In this document: positions 8,993 through 16,282 of the stretch, in pieces | Numbering within the stretch: the first letter of the stretch is position 1 | Layout: every line of letters begins with the position of its first letter | Assembly (NCBI RefSeq): GCF_000392435.1 | Contig: NC_021219.1 | Coordinates: 510,001 to 542,000, forward strand | Origin: Candidatus Saccharimonas aalborgensis | GTDB taxonomy: Bacteria > Patescibacteriota > Saccharimonadia > Saccharimonadales > Saccharimonadaceae | Direction of reading: 5' to 3' | Length of the DNA stretch: 32,000 bases | The notes under the pieces: model-generated | The model's input: the letters and a program-made list of their open reading frames with translations, nothing else | Told to the model about the DNA's origin: nothing | The model's database searches: none | Position numbers and translations under genes: made by a program

Positions 8993-9450
8993 GAACTTTT
9001 TTGGGCGATAATAACGTGCCGATCACGCCCCTCGCCCTCTGAAAATGTCCGTATGTCTTCGTACTCGGCAGCGACTCGATGGACAATTCGACGATCGGCT
9101 GCGTTTATGCGTGCGATATGCGAGCTGCCGGTTGCTCTCACTTCTTCTATCCAACCACGTGCTTTTTCGGCAATCTTTTCTTCACGCTGTTTTTTGTAAT
9201 CCGCTACATCTACGTTGACTCGCACAAGCTCGGCATTTTTGTTGCGCAGGGCCGTAGACACCATATACTGCAGGCTTCTCAGTGTCTCGGCATTCCTGCC
9301 GATAAGAATACTGTTGATATCAGATGATTCGATATATAGCTCGATGATATCGTCTTCGGCTTTCGCTGTAACGGCAATATTCTCACCAAAGAAAGAGATG
9401 ATATCCTGCAGAAATTTTTGTGCAAACTCGACTGATTGTTCTTGGTCCAT
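8989..9450 (-). CDS. jag: Jag/KhpB-type KH-R3H RNA-binding protein (probable start MDQEQ at 9450; ORF track start 9480)
   Basis: KH core LIGRNAETLRSLQYMVS and R3H motif RRIVHRVAAEYEDIRTFSEGEGRDRHVII. Conserved position next to yidC. Confidence 0.85.
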   Translation of the reverse strand: MDQEQSVEFAQKFLQDIISFFGENIAVTAKAEDDIIELYIESSDINSILIGRNAETLRSLQYMVSTALRNKNAELVRVNVDVADYKKQREEKIAEKARGWIEEVRATGSSHIARINAADRRIVHRVAAEYEDIRTFSEGEGRDRHVIIAQKSS

Positions 9451-9451
9451 C

Positions 9452-10396
9452 CTACTTCTCCTTCTTCCTGCGTGTATCATTGGCTTTTATTCGCGTAATG
9501 TGTGCCTCTTCTGTCTTTCTAGGTGGGGATGACTTAGGTATTTTTTTCGAGGCCTTTATAGGATTCTCATCGGCAATTATTTCAAGCTCCTCCGTGTCTT
9601 TACTGAGGAGATAGTGCTGTTGGGCTACGGCCACAAGGTTTGAAACTGTGTAATAGAGCGCGAGAGCACCCGGCAAACTAATCATAATAAGGAACATCAT
9701 TGCAGGCATAAACTTCGCCATGCCACTCATCATGGCAGCATTCATGTCCGTTTGATTTGTGCTTTTTCCCTCCGCCGCTTCGGCGACGATATCACGAAAC
9801 TTTTTCTTTACGGTTGACTGCGGCATCGTCTGCTTTGTAAGGATGTATTGGGTCGCCGCAGAGATAAAGGCAAGGAGGAGAAGGATGTAGTCTACACCGT
9901 GGTTTCCGAACGTTGTTTTTGTAAGGTCAATTACTCCCAGCATGGTGTTATTGAAACTAGCGGGAGTGTCAATAATCGCCTTTACAGAAGGAATTTGTTG
10001 AACGAATGGATAGGTGTAGTGGGCAAGCTGGTTGATATGGAGAGTAAAGACCTGGATAACTTGATAAAGTCCAATAAATATTGGTAGCTGGATGATAAGA
10101 ATAAGGATTGAGCGAAAAGGACTAATTCCATAACGCTTATAGAGATCCATCATCTGGCTCGCTTCTTGCTGTTTATCACCGGCTGCGCGCGCTTTTATCT
10201 TTGCTAGTTCCGGTTGAAGCTTGTGCATCGTGCGACTTTGATGAAGCTGGCTTCTCACGAGCGGATACATTAGTGTACGAATCAATATCGTGAATAGAAT
10301 AATCGCAACACCAAAATCCCCTCCCGGTACAATGCTATATAAAAGCACGAGAGCATTTAGGATAGGTTTTACAATGACATCCTCAAACATAATCAC
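9452..10396 (-). CDS. yidC: YidC/Oxa1 family membrane protein insertase
   Basis: GVAIILFTILIRTLMYPLVRSQLHQSRTMHKLQPELAKIKAR, LPGALALYYTVSNLVAVAQQ. Syntenic with rnpA-rpmH. Confidence 0.93.
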   Translation of the reverse strand: MIMFEDVIVKPILNALVLLYSIVPGGDFGVAIILFTILIRTLMYPLVRSQLHQSRTMHKLQPELAKIKARAAGDKQQEASQMMDLYKRYGISPFRSILILIIQLPIFIGLYQVIQVFTLHINQLAHYTYPFVQQIPSVKAIIDTPASFNNTMLGVIDLTKTTFGNHGVDYILLLLAFISAATQYILTKQTMPQSTVKKKFRDIVAEAAEGKSTNQTDMNAAMMSGMAKFMPAMMFLIMISLPGALALYYTVSNLVAVAQQHYLLSKDTEELEIIADENPIKASKKIPKSSPPRKTEEAHITRIKANDTRRKKEK

Positions 10397-10422
10397 TCCA
10401 CTGGTTACTGCATTCTAGTATA

Positions 10423-10782
10423 TCACTGGTCGACGGGTTTATACACACCCGTTTGTCGAAATGCGGTTTGGATAACTTCCGCAAGCTCCTGATGAGAAGC
10501 GGTGAGTGTCTCACCTGATATCACAATAACCGCGATATCATGTATTGACTGGAGGTGGGGTAGCTCGGCTCTGAGTATTTCATATATCCGTCGCCGTATT
10601 CGATTGCGGCCAACGGCGCTTTTATGAACTTTTTTGCTGACAACAACAGCAAACCGCGAATTGGCTCGGTGTGGGTTGTGTATATATTTGACCGTCAAAA
10701 GCCGAGAACGATAGGTGTCGGCTTTTTTATACACAAATTTTAGTGATCCGTGTCCATGAAACCGGTAGCTATTTTCTATCAT
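10423..10782 (-). CDS. rnpA: Ribonuclease P protein component
   Basis: 119 aa. FAVVVSKKVHKSAVGRNRIRRRIYEILR is the RNR motif of RnpA. Confidence 0.92.
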   Translation of the reverse strand: MIENSYRFHGHGSLKFVYKKADTYRSRLLTVKYIHNPHRANSRFAVVVSKKVHKSAVGRNRIRRRIYEILRAELPHLQSIHDIAVIVISGETLTASHQELAEVIQTAFRQTGVYKPVDQ

Positions 10783-10802
10783 GCTAGTATCAGTATAACA
10801 GC

Positions 10803-10831
10803 AAAAAACCGCCTCGTTGGTGTGGGCGGTT
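10803..10831 (-). terminator. Intrinsic terminator-like hairpin between rpmH and rnpA
   Basis: Minus strand: AACCGCC-CACACCAACGA-GGCGGTTTTTTGC. Perfect 7-bp stem followed by a T-run. Confidence 0.65.
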
Positions 10832-10852
10832 TGTTATTTCACCTGTCGTGTA

Positions 10853-10990
10853 CTAGATAGCGACCTTGGCGCGACCTTTGAGACGGCGTCGTTTTAGGAC
10901 AGCTCGTCCTGCTTTTGACGCAATGCGGGCTCGAAAGCCGTGAGTTTTAGCACGATGGCGTGTGTGTGGTTGATGGGTTCGTTTTGGCAT
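10853..10990 (-). CDS. rpmH: 50S ribosomal protein bL34
   Basis: Hand translation: [45 protein letters not shown]. 45 aa, absent from the ORF track. Confidence 0.96.
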   Translation of the reverse strand: MPKRTHQPHTRHRAKTHGFRARIASKAGRAVLKRRRLKGRAKVAI

Positions 10991-11000
10991 CTTGTATGAC

Positions 11001-11029
11001 AGTATACCCCCTTGGGTATATTTATTCAA
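11001..11029 (-). promoter_or_regulatory. Putative rpmH promoter TTGAAT-17-TATACT, with the -10 only 10 nt before the ATG
   Basis: Minus strand TTGAAT AAATATACCCAAGGGGG TATACT. The rpmH ATG starts at 10990. Confidence 0.6.
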
Positions 11030-11072
11030 GATGTAGTTGAAATAATAGCAATATTATTTGTTTGTTTGTTAA

Positions 11073-11186
11073 TTTTCCACATCATTTCGTTATTTATCCA
11101 CAGTATTATAGATTAGGTGGTTAATTGTGGAAAAATATGTATTATTTTCTCTGCTACTTTCAATGTCACTGAGTGGTTGTGGAAAA
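11073..11186. other. Candidate oriC part 1 (rpmH-dnaA intergenic): cluster of DnaA-box-like 9-mers in AT-rich DNA
   Basis: TTTTCCACA 11073-11081, TTATCCACA 11094-11102 (perfect consensus), TGTGGAAAA 11126-11134, TGTGGAAAA 11178-11186. Confidence 0.82.
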
Positions 11187-11205
11187 CTTTTATATACCGT
11201 ATAGT
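11177..11205 (+). promoter_or_regulatory. Putative dnaA promoter TTGTGG-17-TATAGT overlapping a DnaA box
   Basis: TTGTGG 11177-11182, 17-nt spacer, TATAGT 11200-11205, 28 nt before the GTG at 11234. Confidence 0.55.
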
Positions 11206-11233
11206 AGAGTTGTTGTTGTATGAAGAAAGTTGA

Positions 11234-12601
11234 GTGAGGGAGATGTACCATTCGTTGTGGCAAAGTGTCTTGGGTGAGATAGAGTTGACTGTTTCTCACG
11301 CAAACTTTACGACGTGGTTTAAGAACACCGAGTTGCTCGAATGTTCTAGTGATCGAGTCGTCGTTGGTGTCCCAAATGTTTTTGCTATCCGTCAATTTGA
11401 AGTGAAATTTAATGATCAAATTGTCTCTATATTGAAAAAAAATGGTGTTGAGCCATTGCGCGTTTCTTACGTAGTTAAGACTGTGAAAAAAAGTATTATT
11501 AGTAGAGAGACGACGGCAAATAATAGTGAGTTAGACCATCGAGTTGATGATCTTCTCGATAAAAAACACCTGCCCTCTCAGCAAACCACTAGTTTAAACC
11601 CTCGATATACGTTTGATAGTTTTATTGTTGGCTCGAGTAATGATTTGGCATATACCGCCTGTCAAGCTGTCGCCGCAAACCCCGGCACTAAATATAATCC
11701 TCTTTTTATCTATGGGGGGGTTGGTCTCGGAAAAACTCACCTTCTCCAGGCGGTAGGAAATGAAATAGTAAAAAATAAGTCATCAACACGTGTTGTCTAT
11801 ATTAGTTCGGAAACTTTTGTTAAGGAGTTTTTGGAAAGTATTCGCTTCAAAAAAGCAGGTTTTTCAGATAAGTATCGTAATGTTGATGTTCTCATCGTTG
11901 ATGACATGCAGTTTATTGCCGGAAAAGAAAAGACCCAGGAGGAATTTTTTCATACATTCAATGCGCTTCATCAGTCAAACAAGCAGATCATTATCGGAAG
12001 CGACAAACCTCCTCGTAGCATCCCAACATTAACCGAACGCCTTCGTAGTCGGTTTGAGTGGGGCATGGCAATCGATATTCAGATGCCTGATTTTGAGACA
12101 CGCTGCGCAATCGTCGAGACCAAGGCATCTGCCGCGGGGATTGTCCTTGAGCGTGAAACAATCGAGTATCTTGCAAAAAATATTAAGACAAACATCAGAG
12201 AGCTTGAAGGTGCTCTCAATCAACTGTTAGCATATGCCGAAATGCGCGGCGTTTCACCAGACATTACCACTGCAGAGGGGCTGATCGGAAATGTGCGACA
12301 CTCTCGTCCACAACATGTCACCGCAAAACAGATAATTGATAAAACGGCGCGACATTTTCAGATCGACAGCAAAGAGATTTGCGGCGAAAAGCGTGACAAA
12401 CATATCGTCGTGCCACGACAGATCGCGATGTATCTCCTAAGGAGTGAGCTCCATCTCAGTTTCCCGCGGATTGCAAATGAACTGGGGAGAAAAGATCATA
12501 CGACCGCAATCCATTCTGTCGAAAAGATTGAGCGTTCAATCAAACTTGATTTCTTAATTCGTGAACAGGTAGCGGAGATTAGGGATAAACTATATGTATA
12601 A
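11234..12601 (+). CDS. dnaA: Chromosomal replication initiator protein DnaA (start GTG 11234 or ATG 11243)
   Basis: NPLFIYGGVGLGKTHLLQAVGNE (Walker A), VLIVDDMQFIAGKEKTQEEFFHTFN (Walker B), DHTTAIHSVEKIE C-terminal box-binding signature. Confidence 0.98.
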   Translation: MREMYHSLWQSVLGEIELTVSHANFTTWFKNTELLECSSDRVVVGVPNVFAIRQFEVKFNDQIVSILKKNGVEPLRVSYVVKTVKKSIISRETTANNSELDHRVDDLLDKKHLPSQQTTSLNPRYTFDSFIVGSSNDLAYTACQAVAANPGTKYNPLFIYGGVGLGKTHLLQAVGNEIVKNKSSTRVVYISSETFVKEFLESIRFKKAGFSDKYRNVDVLIVDDMQFIAGKEKTQEEFFHTFNALHQSNKQIIIGSDKPPRSIPTLTERLRSRFEWGMAIDIQMPDFETRCAIVETKASAAGIVLERETIEYLAKNIKTNIRELEGALNQLLAYAEMRGVSPDITTAEGLIGNVRHSRPQHVTAKQIIDKTARHFQIDSKEICGEKRDKHIVVPRQIAMYLLRSELHLSFPRIANELGRKDHTTAIHSVEKIERSIKLDFLIREQVAEIRDKLYV

Positions 12602-12766
12602 CTTTTGTGTACAATCTGTGAATTGCTTGTGGACCTGTCCTGGTGAGGTTGGGGGATATACTTCCCCAACTAGCGGACCAGTTGTTCGTTTCACGGAAGG
12701 TTGGTGGGGAAAATTGAAGCATTATACTAAAACTCTCTACTCTTTTTCCGATGGTGTGTCCACGCT

Positions 12767-12831
12767 CCATCCACACAAGATATCTCTTTGGATTGGTGAC
12801 TTTCTCAGCTTTTCCACAGCTACTACTATTA
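12767..12831 (+). other. Candidate oriC part 2 (dnaA-dnaN intergenic): DnaA-box-like sites with an adjacent DnaA-trio-like element
   Basis: CCATCCACA 12767-12775, TTTTCCACA 12810-12818, then G and CTA CTA CTA TTA at 12820-12831. TGGGGAAAA at 12715-12723 is a weaker match. Confidence 0.5.
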
Positions 12832-12874
12832 AAGTCACCGTGGTTAGATTTATAAAAAGAAAGGAATAATAGTA

Positions 12875-13975
12875 ATGGAACTGTCTGTCACTCAGGAAAA
12901 TCTTACGAAGGCTCTTTCTGCAGCCAGTCGAGTTGCGACAAGTCGAGCGGGGCTTCCCATCCTTGGTAATATTTTATTTCGCACGGAAGGCACTCGGCTA
13001 CTTATTGCGGCAACAAATCTTGAGATTGCAACAGTTGTCTATATTGGAGCAAAAGTGGTAAAGCAAGGCTCACTCACTGTTCCAGCACGTATTGTATCGG
13101 AATTTGTAGCAAGCTTGCCTAAAGGAACTATCTCAATCAGTGTCAAGAAAAATCGGATGTCAATCAGTGCCGGTACCTTCAATTCAGTGATAAACGGTAT
13201 TGATGCGGAAGAATTTCCAGAATTACCATCGATTTCCGTAAAAAACACTGTCAAATATTCCATCAATACTAATGATTTCAAGCAGGCAGTAACACAAACA
13301 ATCATCACAAGCAGCAGCGATACCACACGCCCCGTACTAACAGGAGTCTATTGGCATTCGGTTGATGGGTCGCTGTATCTGGCAGCAACCGACGGCTATA
13401 GACTTGCTGAAAAAAAGCTTCTCAAGACAACTAGCCAGATATCCGCTATTATCCCCTCCTCAAGTCTTCAAGAAGTGCTTCGTGCTATCCATGAGTCGAC
13501 CGAGGAAATAGAAGTACTCATCGATAACTCACAGGTACTCTTTCGCGTCGGTGACACCGAGATTACAAGTCGACTTATCGATGGAAACTACCCCGACTAT
13601 CGGCAGCTCATACCTTCCTCATCGGAAACAGGGATAACACTTGAGACGAGCGAATTTATGAGACTCGTCAAAATAGCTGGTCTATTCGCTCGTGAATCCG
13701 GCGGAAGCATTACTGTCCAGGCCGAGGAACAAAACCAGCAACTTACCATCCAGTCCATCGCCTCTGAATATGGCGAGAACACCTCCTCCGCCAAAGCAGT
13801 TATCACGAATGACGGGCAAATTACCCTTAATTCTCGATATATTATCGATGCCCTATCTGTTATCGATGAACCGTCTATCACTTTCCGGTTTAGTGGCCGT
13901 CTCGCACCTTGTGTGATTAGTTCTTCAGAAAAAAGCTCCGACTATATCCACATCATTATGCCGCTAAAGAGTTAA
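12875..13975 (+). CDS. dnaN: DNA polymerase III beta subunit (sliding clamp)
   Basis: MELSVTQENLTKALSAASRVATSRAGLPILGNILFRTEG..., and SLYLAATDGYRLAEKKL. Immediately follows dnaA. Confidence 0.96.
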   Translation: MELSVTQENLTKALSAASRVATSRAGLPILGNILFRTEGTRLLIAATNLEIATVVYIGAKVVKQGSLTVPARIVSEFVASLPKGTISISVKKNRMSISAGTFNSVINGIDAEEFPELPSISVKNTVKYSINTNDFKQAVTQTIITSSSDTTRPVLTGVYWHSVDGSLYLAATDGYRLAEKKLLKTTSQISAIIPSSSLQEVLRAIHESTEEIEVLIDNSQVLFRVGDTEITSRLIDGNYPDYRQLIPSSSETGITLETSEFMRLVKIAGLFARESGGSITVQAEEQNQQLTIQSIASEYGENTSSAKAVITNDGQITLNSRYIIDALSVIDEPSITFRFSGRLAPCVISSSEKSSDYIHIIMPLKS

Positions 13976-13979
13976 ATAT

Positions 13980-15041
13980 ATGATCTCTCATGTTCGAATT
14001 AAACACATTCGCAACCACAGAGATTCCCACTATAATTTTTCTCCCATAACTGTGTTGTATGGAAATAATGGGGTGGGTAAAACAGCAGCCCTCGAAGCAA
14101 TCCACATAGCCCTTATGGGTACAAGCTTCAAGGGAGTCGATAAAGATATCGTACAGCATAAAAAAGAGTGGTATAAAATTGATCTCGTAAGCGACAACCC
14201 ACAAATAACAAGAGCGGTCCGGTATATAAACCAAAAAAAAATATTCACAATCGATTCAAAAATATCAGCCCGACTTGGGGTGAAACAGAAGTTTCCGGTC
14301 GTATTATTTACTCCAGATGACCTAAGACTTATTAGTGGATCGCCAGCGCGACGGCGGCACTATATAGACCAGTTGATATGCCAAACTGAACCCCACTACA
14401 CTAGCATCCTCCGGCGCTACGATCGAGCACTTATGCAGCGAAATAAGCTTCTAAAGGGAGATCGACCGACTCGTGATGCGCTATTTCCATGGAATATCAT
14501 TCTTAGCGATACAGGTTCTCAGATCATTAACTTGAGAAATAAATATCTGGCAATTCTTGATGCATCACTTGAAGAACGCTACAACGAAGTGGCAGGGTCA
14601 GCGAATAGTGTTAAGGTTTTGTATACTCATGGCCCAACACAGACAACAGAATTACTTAGTGCGATCGAAAAATCTTTTGATGTAGATGTTCGTTACCATA
14701 CCACCACAGTAGGGCCACATCGTCACGACTTCACTATTCGCCTCAATCATCACGATGCAGATACGACTGCGTCGCGCGGAGAAATACGAACACTTATTTT
14801 GTCACTAAAATCGACCGAAGCAGGTATGATCGAAAAGTTGAAGAATGTCTCGCCAATAATTCTACTCGATGATGTATATGGAGAACTTGATAATGAGAGG
14901 CAACAGATGTTGCTCGTTTTATTTCGCAACAAACAACTTGTTATTACGTCGACACACCCACTTCAAACAGTACCCGCACAGACCACACAAATCGAGATAG
15001 CCCTATCTCAGACCGATAGTATTGACGGCGATCAAAATTGA
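13980..15041 (+). CDS. recF: DNA replication and repair protein RecF
   Basis: ISHVRIKHIRNHRDSHYNFSPITVLYGNNGVGKTAALEAIHIAL, LLDDVYGELDNERQQMLL, and QLVITSTHP. Confidence 0.94.
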   Translation: MISHVRIKHIRNHRDSHYNFSPITVLYGNNGVGKTAALEAIHIALMGTSFKGVDKDIVQHKKEWYKIDLVSDNPQITRAVRYINQKKIFTIDSKISARLGVKQKFPVVLFTPDDLRLISGSPARRRHYIDQLICQTEPHYTSILRRYDRALMQRNKLLKGDRPTRDALFPWNIILSDTGSQIINLRNKYLAILDASLEERYNEVAGSANSVKVLYTHGPTQTTELLSAIEKSFDVDVRYHTTTVGPHRHDFTIRLNHHDADTTASRGEIRTLILSLKSTEAGMIEKLKNVSPIILLDDVYGELDNERQQMLLVLFRNKQLVITSTHPLQTVPAQTTQIEIALSQTDSIDGDQN

Positions 15042-15635
15042 GCGCGGAACCCCCGGCGTATTATCGAGAGTGAGCACGACCTGGGGTGAGCCGATAACTT
15101 TCCAAACCCCATTCATTTTTTGTGCAACAGCACGATAATAGCTTGATGGGTTTTGTCGATCCATTCCCTTTGGTGTTAGCACTACCCCAGCCCACTCACC
15201 TTTTTGGTATAGGGTAACACTATCAATCTCATAACCTGCCATGGCAGCGGAATACTGTTTAGTAAGGAGAGAGGTAATAGCCGGCTGCTCAGCAGTAGCG
15301 AGACCTCCAAGGTGTTGAGCAGAATACGACGGGTCAACAGCGACAGTTTCATCCTTTGAAACAGAAAAGCCTATTTTATCTTGTGCTATATCCTTTCCCT
15401 TGGGTATCAGATAATACTGACCTTCTTTTAGTCGTACACTCCCTGCTGACGATAGCTGTGCGATAACACTGGGCTTGTCGCTGTACTCAATATCTTCATA
15501 AACATCAATACCCGAGACGGTGGACGCAAAAGTAAAAGATATCGTATGGTAACGCAATAACTCACGAACACCCAGGGCGACCCCAATAACTAAGACAATA
15601 CTAATAATACTTGCGATGATTCTTTTTTGCGTCAT
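15003..15635 (-). CDS. Hypothetical protein with one N-terminal TM helix (T4SS-like operon member)
   Basis: 210 aa. N-terminal IIASIISIVLVIGVALGV hydrophobic segment, extracytoplasmic remainder. Overlaps the upstream ORF by 4 nt. Confidence 0.7.
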   Translation of the reverse strand: MTQKRIIASIISIVLVIGVALGVRELLRYHTISFTFASTVSGIDVYEDIEYSDKPSVIAQLSSAGSVRLKEGQYYLIPKGKDIAQDKIGFSVSKDETVAVDPSYSAQHLGGLATAEQPAITSLLTKQYSAAMAGYEIDSVTLYQKGEWAGVVLTPKGMDRQNPSSYYRAVAQKMNGVWKVIGSPQVVLTLDNTPGVPRSILIAVNTIGLR

Positions 15636-16273
15636 GGCGTAAAAGGATTTCTTTCATTATTTATTACAATTTTGTAATCAACAGGGTTGTACCCCCAGTT
15701 CGATATCTGATTTATGGCTGCGTTTCGATAGACGGCCGGCGCTGAGATAGTAAGAATGATCGAACTCCCCGATTGATCAGAAGGATCATTCTTGTACCCG
15801 ATAGTATATAACATTGTGTTATAGGGGAGGTTATCGACAATTGGGTTTTTACTACGAAACGTATCACCCTCATGATTTATTTTATTACCTATTACGCCCT
15901 CGACTATCAAATACTCTCCTGTGTTTGTTTGATACCACTTCTTGGCGTCGTCGCTCTTTGGTTCAAGCATCGCTGTGATAACCTGTTCGTCACTACTCTT
16001 GCCTTCTTTTACCTCATAGAGTTGTACTGATTGAGAGAACCCATCTTTTGTCACGGTAACACGGTGAGTGCCTGGGGTCAGATAAAGGGTTTTATCAGAT
16101 GTCTTTAAACCATCCACCATCACTGTTGAATCTTTTGGTGCAACATACACACCAATAGCCTGTTTGCCCGCCCTAGTAATAAGAGGAACTAAGAAGATGA
16201 TACACACCCCAAGCAATAGCACTACACTGGTGGCGATTATAGTACGAACCGTTAAAAATCGTTGAGTTTCCAT
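15632..16273 (-). CDS. PEGA-domain membrane-anchored protein
   Basis: 213 aa. One TM, then KDSTVMVDGLKTSDKTLYLTPGTHRVTVTKDGFSQSVQ, a PEGA-like repeat. Confidence 0.7.
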   Translation of the reverse strand: METQRFLTVRTIIATSVVLLLGVCIIFLVPLITRAGKQAIGVYVAPKDSTVMVDGLKTSDKTLYLTPGTHRVTVTKDGFSQSVQLYEVKEGKSSDEQVITAMLEPKSDDAKKWYQTNTGEYLIVEGVIGNKINHEGDTFRSKNPIVDNLPYNTMLYTIGYKNDPSDQSGSSIILTISAPAVYRNAAINQISNWGYNPVDYKIVINNERNPFTP

Positions 16274-16282
16274 ACCATCCTC

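Noticed and set aside
11057-11068. (TTTG)3 as an origin iteron
   Set aside because: Only three short copies of a simple tetranucleotide; too little to call an iteron, noted only as AT-rich context.
11090-11419. 109-aa minus-strand ORF across the dnaA promoter
   Set aside because: Overlaps DnaA boxes and the dnaA 5' end on the opposite strand with no recognisable motif.
12594-12869. 91-aa plus-strand ORF in the dnaA-dnaN gap
   Set aside because: Overlaps the dnaA end, has no recognisable domain, and spans box-like sites and a hairpin; better explained as non-coding origin/UTR sequence.
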